Shown here: piece after piece, positions 53,501 to 64,000 of the stretch
Numbering within the stretch: the first letter of the stretch is position 1
Layout: each line of letters opens with the position of its first letter
Source of the DNA: Utricularia gibba
Taxonomy: Eukaryota; Plantae; Magnoliophyta
Direction of reading: 5' to 3'
Length of the DNA: 64,000 bases
Assembly (NCBI GenBank): GCA_002189035.1
Contig: CM007989.1
Coordinates: 4,898,001 to 4,962,000, forward strand
Notes under the pieces: model-generated
What the model was told of the DNA's origin: nothing
The model's database searches: none
Seen by the model: the letters and a program-made list of their open reading frames with translations, nothing else
Translations under genes and position numbers: made by a program

Positions 53501-54485
53501 AAATGTAAGGTACTACAAGGTAATATAAGGGATTTCCTATAAGGATCTAGTGTCAATTTTCCTTCCCTATAACACCTTCATATCCTTCCATGATCAATTC
53601 ATTTGCTGTTAATTTCCATTTTTTTGGCCTATGTAACCAACTATCTTTGAGTTTAGCTCTAAAATAAAGTTGGACAGAATCCATGCCGTGAGATCTTAAA
53701 CTTGTTATCAAGGATATTGAGTTCAATTGCCAACTTCCCGTCCTCCATGCATCGAAGTTAGTGACTTTCCAAAAAAATATTGAAAAAGGTTGAGATAGTC
53801 CCAAATTGATTTTTTGTTGTTTTGTTTACATCTCTTGAAAAATTATATTATTCTTTTTCAAAAATATTCTTGAAATTTTTTGTGATCATAACATCAATAA
53901 GTTTTAACATCGATGTAAATGCTTAAAATCATAAAGAATTAAGAATATATAATTAAATAAATTAAAATAGTGACAAATATTTAATTCTTATGAATATTTA
54001 TATCAACATTTTTATTTATTAAATTATATGTTTTTTTCATAATATGCAGCAGATCCAAATTTTTAAATGAAATTTCAAAAAGGAAAATCCTAGATTGGGT
54101 TGGGCTTGGGTCCAATATGGAGTACTTTGTTCTAGAGTCTCGGCCGTCGAGCGTTCTAATCCTTACGGAAACGGAGAATTGGAGTTGGGTCAATTTTGGT
54201 AGATCAGTTCACAGCTGCCAACCGTAGTTGCTGGGAGTTTGTGTGCAGCGTCTGACATTTGATCTGTGTAGAGTTTGTGGGTTAAAGGTATTTTGAGTTT
54301 CTATTTTCTCGTATTGTGCTGATTTTCTTGTCAAAAAGTATAGAAAATTGGTGACGTCTGCTATCGATTTTCGTTTTGGGTATTCGAGGGTAGAGTTTGA
54401 GTATAGTGTTTTGCCTTGGAACTGGAGCCATAAGAATAGTGCTTACACTTTTTGTTTCATCTTCTTCAGTTTGGTGTACTTCGGG

Positions 54486-57400
54486 ATGTCGTCTGTCTCT
54501 ACTCAATTCCGTTATACGCAAACCCCTTCAAAAGTTCTTCATCTCAGAAATTTACCATGGGAATGCACAGAAGAGGAATTGATTGAGTTGGGAAATCCAT
54601 TTGGCAAAGTTGTCAATACTAAGTGTAATGTTGGAGCAAACAAAAATCAGGCTTTCATTGAATTTGTAAGCATTTTTCAATTTTTTGTTATATTTTTACG
54701 ACATTTTGGGTTTGCCATTACATTTACGTTTGTGTCATTTAGGCAGAGTTAAACCAAGCCATCGCAATGATATCATATTATGCTTCGTCGTCTGAGCCTG
54801 CTCAGGTGCGAGGGAAAACCGTTTATCTGCAATACTCAAACCGGCAAGAAATTGTGAACAATAAAACTACTGCAGATGTTGCTGGTAATGTGCTATTGGT
54901 AACAATTGAAGGAAATGATGCGCGTCTTGTTAGCATCGATGTGTTGCACTTGGTAAGACATCTGGTATCCCTCTGAAAGTGCTGGATGTGTTGTATGTAA
55001 AGTATACCCAAAAATAAAACGGAGTTCTCCATGGTTATTATGTGAATTGCCTGTCATTCTCTACAAAGCTTTTATTTGACTAGAGTGCGTCAATCAGCAG
55101 GAACATTTCAAGGATATATCCCTGATGGCAGCTTATTCCTTGGGAGAAAGATTGCATTTGTGTTTGTCTCTTTTCTCCTTAACTCAACAATAACTCTCTC
55201 TGCCCTTCATCTTCATAGTTCTGTCCCCTAGGCTTTAAGCAGCCTCAAATGATTTCAATTGCTCCTTTTCGGGATTGCTCCTTCTCTAGTCATTGATTTG
55301 ATCCTTTTCTTTTTTAATGCTGTCTCTTTTGAGGATGCATCCAGAGAAATACTTGTTTGATTTTTTTATGTTTTTTTTTCGTTTCAGTTTCTGTTAAGGT
55401 GTCAAACAATATTTCCTATAGATAGTAGGGTATTTGTATCCCAACCATGACAGATGAGATTCTGGATCTCATCCCCAATTTCTCAAAAAAATTATTTTTT
55501 TAATGTGCTCTTAACCCTCATTCCATTGTTTAACATTGTGTGTCCTTACTTTTGTTTTTTTTTTTCTTTAAAGGCATTTTTTTAGCTTAATGCCATCAAT
55601 TCTTTGACATTCTGGTCGTTTATATTCATTAGATAATTCTTTCAGATTAATAAATTGTTAAAATTGCTTCTTGTACATTTTAGTATCATCTGGTGTTATA
55701 ATAGATGCCATCTGCTTTACAGGTATTTTCTGCATTTGGATTTGTTCATAAGATTACCACATTCGAAAAGACTGCTGGGTTTCAGGTAAAGAGGTGATAG
55801 GAAAATAATAAAGTTGCAGTTGAATGTCAAGGAATTACCATTTTCCATCTCCTCCCAGGCCTTGGTGCAATTTTCTGACACAGCAACTGCCTCAGCTGCC
55901 AAGGATGCCCTTGATGGAAGAAGCATTCCTAGGTGATGTGGATTTAAATTTTGGCCGCAGATGTAATGCAACTGTTTGTCAATCGTACTTCTGTAGATGT
56001 TGTGTTCTTTCCTTGGGGTTGGACCTCTGAATCTTTATTAATAATCAACAGGGGTACATGCATGCTCCCTACGCTATCTCTAACTATTCTTGTTATTTCA
56101 AGTCACTTTTTCCTATTACACAGAGGGCCATTTTAGTTTGAATGCTCTCTGATAGAATGATTATATATTGTTAAAAATGGGTGTATTTTTGTTGCGGCTG
56201 CAGAAGAATTGGAAGTCAGTTAAATATCCATAGCTGGTTCAATGGTTGAGTTCAAATAAACTCATTGGTGTTTTTTACTTTTACTTTCTGCCTAGAATAT
56301 TCCACGGTGTTGAGTTTTATTGCTATGTGGTGTGCATGTGTAATCAGCATCTGCTGATTCCGTACACGTATATGTTGATATCCTGAGTCTATTTTATTGT
56401 TCAGTTATTTGATTCCTGAGCTTGGCCCATGCGCACTAAGAATCACCTTCTCTGCACATACAGATCTGAGCGTAAAATTTCAAAGTCATCGCAGCAGGTA
56501 CATTTTTGATTAATATTTTGGATGTCCTTCCAATGGTTGTCTTAACTTACTTAGAATTTACTTCATTGATTCAGGGACTATACAAACCCTCTCTTACCTG
56601 TGGCTCCCTCAGCTATAGATGCAAGTGGACAGGTAGGTTTTATAAAATTGCTGGTATGCCTATGCTTGTAAAAAATGAAATTTATTGCTGGTTTTGTGCG
56701 TTAATAGCATCTATATAATTTGGTATAAATAGAAATATTTTTGTAATATCTTATTATGTATGTGCTCTTGGAGCGTCTATGTTATTGCTTCCTAGCGTTC
56801 TGATAGCATCTGCGTGGTTTGCAGTTCAATGCTGGAACTGATGGTAGAGTGCTTGAGCCTGAGAGCAATGTTCTCCTCGCTTCAATTGAGAATATGCAAT
56901 ATGCTGTTACATTGGATGTTTTGCATACGGTAGCTACATTTGGACTGGAAAACCTTGATTCTTTACCAATTTGACCCTATTTTAATTTTTGTGATGTCTT
57001 CTTCCGAAGGTTTTTTCTGCATTTGGGCCTGTTCTAAAAATTGCTATTTTTGACAAGAATGGTGGTCTTCAGGCCCTTATACAGTACCCTGGTGCCTACT
57101 CTTCCTTGATTTGTTTTGATCATCAGTTCCCTTACACATGAACAGTTACTCATCAGTCATTTGTCGTAGCAGATGTACACACTGCTGTGGTTGCAAAGGG
57201 GGCACTGGAAGGCCATTGCATATACGACGGTGGTTACTGCAAGTTGCACATTTCTTATTCTCGTCACACTGATCTCAGCATAAAGGTGAGGTTTCTCTCA
57301 ATTCCAAACTCTTCACCCTTGGAGGTAATCACCAATGATTTCTCCGTAGGTCAACAATGACAGGGGCAGAGATTACACTATCCGAGTACTCCAGTGCTGA

Positions 57401-57615
57401 ATCCTCAGACCTCCGGCATAGCAACACAGCCATATCCCATGGGAGGCACTGCTCCCCAAGGATACAACGGAGCGCAGTATCATTCTGGCCCGGACCCTCA
57501 TGCCACCACATCCCCTTCTTCCGGCTGGAGCCAGGGAGCCCCGATGCAAATGTACAACTACCCGTATGGCGCTCTGCCGCAGTCCTCACCCAGGCCTCCT
57601 TACCATCCTCAGTAA
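54486..57615 (+). CDS. PTB: Polypyrimidine tract-binding protein, plant PTB1/PTB2 type (3 RRMs)
   Basis: Exons 54486-54665, 54743-54952, 55723-55785, 55859-55932, 56405-56497, 56575-56632, 56825-56929, 57010-57091, 57173-57285, 57350-57615, all GT-AG with consistent phases. Starts [32 protein letters not shown]. As assembled the frame stops at 57398-57400 (342 aa); with one extra C near 57382 it gives 414 aa. Confidence 0.93.
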
Positions 57616-58783
57616 TAATAAGGTGAATCTGCTGCTGCTTTTTACGTTCGTATCCTGCTGATTAACTCGATGTTGGTTGGTCACTTTTTTCGTCTCTACT
57701 GTTGTTGAATGGGAGGCTTCCTCTCTGGGTGACCCTTTTTTACTCCGTATCGGTTGAAACTCTCCATGTTGGGTGCTTCAAGTATTCACCCGTTTTATCA
57801 AAAGCTTTAAGCAAGGTCGTGGTGTTAAACCAACCTCAAATGACGGTGTCCTTATGATCTTGATTTCCTACTATGCCTTCAACATCGTACATGGTAATTC
57901 ATCCTTAAAGATATTTGGGTTGTATGATTTTTTTTTAAAATAAATGGAAGCCCACACGTTTTGAAGGGTCTGCATCCTTGACAGAAGACCGTACGGTCAG
58001 CCCGATGATGTCCCCAATCCGCTTGGTGTGTTACAAAATACGTTCTATCAGGAAATGAAAAAGAAAGAAAAATTCCAAAATCCCAATATTTCAATTTCAA
58101 GTGTAAAAATCCAGTTAGATTTTGATGAAATTGACCCAACCCATTAGTTCCTTGACCTATCCATTCTGGAATGAGTTTTTGGGCTGCTGGGTGGTTTTTG
58201 CTTATGAAAAAGAGCTCGGTCTCTAGGAGCGGGATTCAGTTTGGGGAACCAAGTAGAAGACTTTGGGTGACAGATCCGTCCGTCATGGTTTTCTATCTCC
58301 TGCAGTGGGAATTTGTTGAAGCTCTGGTTTGCTCCACGATTGTTACTTGCATCTTCTTGTGTGTTTATGAACCTCTGCTCGCATCTTGCTTGCGCCTGTG
58401 TGCTTGTGTTTTGACATGTAATGTGATGCCCTGGTTCTCCATTTTTATGTCACGCTCATAACAAAATTTACTTGTATAATAAAATTGAAAGAGAACAAAC
58501 TTGTCTAGTCTTTTTCATTTTGTTGAAACTAGGGATGACATGGATCCACAATTACATATGTAAAATTGAAGTACATAATAAACTTAAATCATGTTTAAAA
58601 AGATTATATTCGCTCAATAATTAATAATTCAAAATCTATCATACATTTAATTATTTCAACTTAATTTTTTGATATAAAATTATTTATTCATCTATACTAT
58701 CTTATATATACTTCATCATACATTTTAATTTTTTAATATAAGATTATTTGCTCTCAAACTTACCTTCAAGTCAAATTAACTTA

Positions 58784-59179
58784 AGTTATAGTCTGCACGA
58801 CTTATTTTTCAAATTATAACTTTAAGTATAAGTTAAAATTACTTATTACATAACCACCTGATTTTCAATTATTTGTAACTTTTACTCAAAGTTATGCTTA
58901 ATTTCTACTTATTTTAAATTTGCCTACATTTCTACTTAAAACTCAACTTATTTAATAAGTTTCATTTACCTTACTTATCAAAATAAGTCACCAACTTATT
59001 TCAACAAATGTCTTTGCTTCTAATAAATCAAATCTGAACAAAATTGAAATACATTTATTTTTTCATATATAAATAATAAGTTGCATAGACTACAACTACT
59101 TATTTAGATTCTACTTATTCAATAACTTCTACTTATGAATTAAGTAGAAGTTACAAAATAAGTGGTGCAGACTATACCC
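58784..59179. mobile_element. Tourist-like MITE (396 bp)
   Basis: TIRs AGTTATAGTCTGCACGACTTATTT / AAATAAGTGGTGCAGACTATACCC, TTA on both sides, AT-rich non-coding interior. Confidence 0.75.
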
Positions 59180-60026
59180 TTAGATCTAATTAAAACTTAT
59201 TTTTGTGTAATTGTCAATATTTGCTCAAATCATATGTTTATTTAATTTTTGTTGGCTAAATGTAATATATTTTCTTATTTTTTAATCGAAACTCGGATCA
59301 TATGAAATCAATACCTAAGCTATGACTCAAGTCAAATGATTTATACCATATTACATTTAAAGATCCAATGAATTGGATAAACACATGTGTAAAACCTAAA
59401 TATACAATAAATATATATCAATTTTAAAATTATTAAAATCAGTTAACTACTAGTGATATATAATATATTATATACTGATCATATCAATTTCATTTTTCAA
59501 TATATAATTATTTATTCTAATACATTTATTCAGTAAATTACAGTACTAGTGAGCCAACACAAGAGTAAAGTGGGTATTTTGAATCCCAGAACCAAGCACA
59601 CCAATGTAATTTTTATTCCTTTTGCTCAGTAAAAGAAAAAGTAACTGAAGGTCTTACTTTATTGGATCCTGTGCAAAGTTGGCATCAATGCACCAATCTC
59701 GATTCTCACTTCTCCTTTTCCTCTTCCTTCTCCTTCGTCCGGAGGAATCTTCTTGACATCGTTACTTTAGCACAGCGAGTAGTACCAACCAACAAACCTA
59801 GGCAGATCAAACATCTGTTAAGATGCACGGACATGGCATGCAAAGATCTGCCTCCAGGCTTGCTTTTTCTAGCTAGCACTTATCTTACAAGGGAAATGCA
59901 ACATGAACACCAGACCTGGCTAACTGGAAACACTGTTGCGAGAAACCGATTGCACATCATAAAATACTTGGCATAGGTCATCGTTTTGAGTATATAACTA
60001 GTACAGAACATCGCCGAACCTCAAGT

Positions 60027-60773
60027 CTAAGACGAGCAGTAGCCGTTGGTGTGGCGCTCGTCCTCTATTTTGTTGTGGAAGTGAAGGAGATCTGCAGTCA
60101 TGTTGAAATTGAAAGGCCTGACAGTTCTCGCACCAGAGTCAACCGACGAAGCAAGCGACACATTCGAGATTTGTGACCCAACTTGCAAGTTGAGCGGCTT
60201 CGAATCGAAGGGAGGAGACGGAAGCCAAGGCCCTCCATGCTGATACACATGAGCAGAAGTCCATTGCATGACTCCAATCTCATGCAAATCCTGGTGATGC
60301 TCAGACGGGAAGTCAAAACTTCTAGGAGGATGCGAAAGTGTCAAGCTTGAAGGATCCCACCTCTCAAATGGGTTGAAACCCGGAGCCATCTCCTTCAACT
60401 TCTCTAAATCCGGGTTCAAATTGGGACCCGAGCCGATAGCCTCGTGATGATGGTCGAGGCTTCGAAAGTAGGTGCTGCTTCCCTGGGGCATCTGAAGCGG
60501 AGGGAGCTCATCAATTTCGTGCTTAGCGGCGTTGAGCAACCAGTCCACTACTTTGCTGGGTTGGCTGAGTCCCAACCGATCTTGCAAATCGTACACTTGG
60601 ATGGCGGTTTGGACGGAGAGACGGACACGCCTGTCTCTGAGTCCTCTCACGGTGCACACTTTGCTGTGTCGGTCCTTCCCTCCGAACGCACGGGACACGC
60701 GGACGATACGGGGATCCTTTAGCATCGCCCACGAAGGCATGGCGCTAGGTTTCCCTTCTCCACATGAAGTCAT
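60027..60773 (-). CDS. TCP13: CIN-class TCP transcription factor (TCP5/13/17 subgroup), 248 aa
   Basis: [36 protein letters not shown]...[15 protein letters not shown]; single-exon ORF; no miR319-type site noticed. TCP13 is the closest label, not a proven ortholog. Confidence 0.88.
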   Translation of the reverse strand: MTSCGEGKPSAMPSWAMLKDPRIVRVSRAFGGKDRHSKVCTVRGLRDRRVRLSVQTAIQVYDLQDRLGLSQPSKVVDWLLNAAKHEIDELPPLQMPQGSSTYFRSLDHHHEAIGSGPNLNPDLEKLKEMAPGFNPFERWDPSSLTLSHPPRSFDFPSEHHQDLHEIGVMQWTSAHVYQHGGPWLPSPPFDSKPLNLQVGSQISNVSLASSVDSGARTVRPFNFNMTADLLHFHNKIEDERHTNGYCSS

Positions 60774-63700
60774 TTCATGTAATCTGTAATTTTTTTCGTC
60801 TTGTTGCTGAAATCAAGAGAAATGGGAATGGGGACGGGCTCTAGAATTCACAGCTCAGAGCCGTCGCGTTGCTTGAAGAGACAAAACAGTGCACAGTTTA
60901 TGAAACCCCAAAACTAAGGATCGGAGGGTAGATGGAGAGCCACGTGGCGTGGCAGATGGTGCTTGGTACTTTGGAGATAGGCCTCTTGTTGGAGAAATCC
61001 AGCGGAGGAGCTTTTTCTGTGCCCTTTCAGCAAAAGGTTCTGGATGCTTTCTCGGCATCTGCAAAAGGCGTGATATCCAAAAACCCGGCACATGGGCTAC
61101 GGCGGGGCGAGCTCATGGGAAAAGAGTAGAGTAGCTCCTTGTTACTGCTGCTGCCTGCGACTGCTAGCATTCAGTTTGGGGTCAGGTCAGGACTTGAAAC
61201 ACTTGATCCACAGTTGTTTGGCATCGCAGCTTTAACATACGGAAGAAAGAGGAGGAGGAGGAGGAGGCCATATAATCCCTTTCCATACCTAATACTTGCC
61301 CAAAGTGCAATCCCATGGGCGCACAGCTCCAAAAAATTCCTACTCAAAAAGTGATAGCCATCAAGTGGTGATGCTACTTTGAAAATCTAACTTTGTTTCC
61401 GTCAATAAACTGCTGATTTGTTTCTTTCCGGATCCGATTTTTGGAATGCATAGCCCGTTTAACCTACATTTGGTACGAAAAGATTGAGTTGATTAGATCA
61501 TATTGTGAGCCCAGGTCTTTTCTATGGTTCAACCCCGAGAAGGATGGCAGGCGCTATCTTGATCTGAGAAGTGGAGAGTATGATGAGTTAACCCCGAGGG
61601 TGTGTTGGTCTTTGACTACACACACTGCTCAATGTCATAACTCACTCAAACAAGCTTCCTGAAGAAAGGATACGAGTTTCTTCTTCCTTTTGTTTTTGTG
61701 TTTTTTAAAGGGTGGGAAGAATTGGTTGTGGTGATAGCGAGAGACCAACTGATTTTTCTATCTTTATGTCACACAATCATAATCAGCAGGGAATCAGGAC
61801 CACGCAGCATTTGGCTACGCTGGGTGCAGTCAGATTTTGGTATGGACGAAGGGGGTGGGTTTTCCTTGATATGCCAGCCGTGATGGCGGTTGATGACGCA
61901 AATGGGGTTTAACTACTGTATGTGTTGTGTGTGATTTTGCAGAAAGAAAGACTTGAATTACTTTTTTTCTATTTTATTTTTCATCGTCGTCGTCGTAGTC
62001 GTGGGGGTGGGGTATGGGCCGGCGGGGGGGGGGGGGGGGTCTGATGGATGGATTCTCCTCCGCGTAAACAAGGCAAGTGAAAAAGTGAGACGACCAGTGA
62101 AAGCATGGGAATCCCGAGAAGACCGTTTTATTGCACACAAAATGGTCCTCAGATCCAATCCAATACCTCCCCACTACGCTTTCTTTCTTTCTTTTTTTTA
62201 TTAAAATATATTAAGTTAACAAAAATAAAATTAGAATATTAATAGTATGCCAAACTAGTACGATCCAAGAATGTTTAATGCTATGCTAAATATACATGTT
62301 TTCTAATAATTTGAATTTATATTATAACTTAATAAAAAATACAACAAAATTCCTTTAAAAAATCAAAGAGAATGGAGATATCTTGTGGATCCATAGTTTT
62401 CTTTCTAAACCAATAGTTTTTAAGATCCTTGATTGAATTCAGATTAGATTCAATAGTTTTAATAAAATAGAAATTTAAAATATTAAATTAAAAACACAAT
62501 TTGTGGTCATCTAGAAAACTTGAAAATAAGAATTGTCTTTCACACTAGAGAATAAAATTCAATCATGAACCAATATAACAAAACATGAAAAAAAAATTTG
62601 CACCAAGCAAATAGTGACCAAAAATCATGAAGAATATGACTCTTTCTCTTGAATATTAAAATTAAAAAATGTAACCTCTTTTTCGCGTCCCATGATTGCC
62701 TAGTGATTCGTTATACTGTTAAATATGTATTTATTTTATAGAAGAATATATACGATTAATGATATTGAATTTCAAAATATAAAATGCATTGAACATGTTG
62801 AAATAACTATCACCAATAAAGTGGAATTCAAATATATTATGTCGAACACAAAAAAAAAACGTATATTCTATTATTTAGTTAAAAATTACAAAAAAAGAAA
62901 GAGATATGATCAAAATAACAATAAAATTGTCTTCACCTAAAAAAATGATGATGCCAAGTGAAATTAAGGTTTATAAATATAATGCTTTGACATAGAGTAG
63001 CACCAGTTGTGTGCATGTGTGGATATGGTATTCTAACCCATGGGCCTCCCTGGGCTCACTCACATCCAAAGCTTTTGAATTAAATGCGACACCGCACCGC
63101 CCACTCGGATGCATCACATATCTAGATTTTGTTTTTGACAAGTGATTTTAGTAGAATATAAGTTAGTTTTCTCAATTTTCGTAAAAATAATATTTTTATT
63201 TATTAATAAATATCATTCGAGCTTGATAATAAAATTATTTCAAGAGATAATTTTTCACATGAATAAATTGTTCCAAATAATGAGTTTTACTCTCACCTAT
63301 GGATCCATCGCCTATTCCACTTAATTATTATTGTTTTTTTCTTTTTCAATAGTAGCTATTATTTAAAAATCTCACCACCGTATGGTATGAGTGTAAAAAA
63401 AAACTCGAGTACCAGATTTGTTAATGGTCTAACGATTACTTGGGGACGATGTTATCTTTTTGTGTCGTAGTGCATTAGAGAGAAAAGAATAGATGACTAG
63501 ATTTGTAAATGATACAACTATTACTTGGGGGTAGTTATTTTTGGGGTTCATTTTGAATAATTACCGTCCTATAATATGGGATTTGAGAAAATGACACGAT
63601 TTTGATGTTTTATTTGAGCAATCATGATATTTTATTATTGAATTTAAAATATCTACATTGCAAAAAGTCCTATGATGTCACTATGTATGCATCGTCTATG

Positions 63701-64000
63701 TAATATATTTTTTTAATTTATCTCTATTTATTTATTAATCAAAGTAAATGCCATTTGATTGCACGCCACTCATTCCGATTCCAAACCAATCTGCTCCACT
63801 TTTGTTTGCATGAACTATTATCAATCAGTTAATTTATAAAAGAGTAGATTTAAGTCTTATGTTTATCTTGTTAGATGGACTTAAAAAAGAATTTCTATAT
63901 AAATATTTTATTTAAAATTTTCAAAATTATTTTCAAATATTTATCTCATCTATGAATTTTAGAGCAAATCATTATTTTTTTGACTTATTCTTGGGTTCAA

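Noticed and set aside
54348-54485. Upstream in-frame extension of the PTB ORF
   Set aside because: Begins at a non-ATG codon; similarity to PTB proteins starts at the ATG at 54486.
57880-58460. Possible snoRNA or extra ORFs downstream of PTB
   Set aside because: ATGATG-like boxes lack a paired CTGA and terminal stem, and the ORFs have no recognisable motifs; probably 3' UTR or intergenic.
60098-60789. Overlapping and antisense ORFs across the TCP gene
   Set aside because: Expected by-products of a GC-rich coding sequence.
62005-62040. Poly-G run with G-tracts (possible G-quadruplex)
   Set aside because: A simple homopolymer of unreliable length with no supporting evidence of function.
1-64000. 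tRNA, rRNA, snRNA, CRISPR arrays, organellar or caulimovirid insertions
   Set aside because: No diagnostic motifs seen by eye; all RT/RNase H segments fit copia or gypsy. tRNAscan, Infernal and BLAST were not run.

Overview
Flowering-plant nuclear DNA; the species cannot be determined from the sequence. Three host genes are recognisable: a 3-exon SPEECHLESS-like group Ia bHLH (27123-28261, +), a 10-exon PTB1/PTB2-type polypyrimidine-tract-binding protein gene (54486-57615, +) and a single-exon CIN-class TCP5/13/17-type gene (60027-60773, -). Most of 1-25000 and 29300-53300 is nested transposon DNA: a 3'-truncated Angela-like Ty1/copia element with a nearly continuous gag-pol, a full-length but degenerate Athila-like Ty3/gypsy element with an env-like ORF and matching TSD, at least eight TSD-flanked solo LTRs, several old copia/gypsy relics and two PIF/Harbinger transposase relics. 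A Tourist-like MITE lies between the PTB and TCP genes. I found no convincing wholly new biological system. The best leads are the shortened MAPK-target domain of the SPCH-like protein, a candidate PTC-containing cassette exon and an apparent last-exon frameshift in the PTB gene, an LTR inserted head-to-head into its own family to make long inverted repeats, and mosaic and hairpin-associated LTR variation. All alignments were done by eye, so identities are qualitative and boundaries of degraded relics are approximate.
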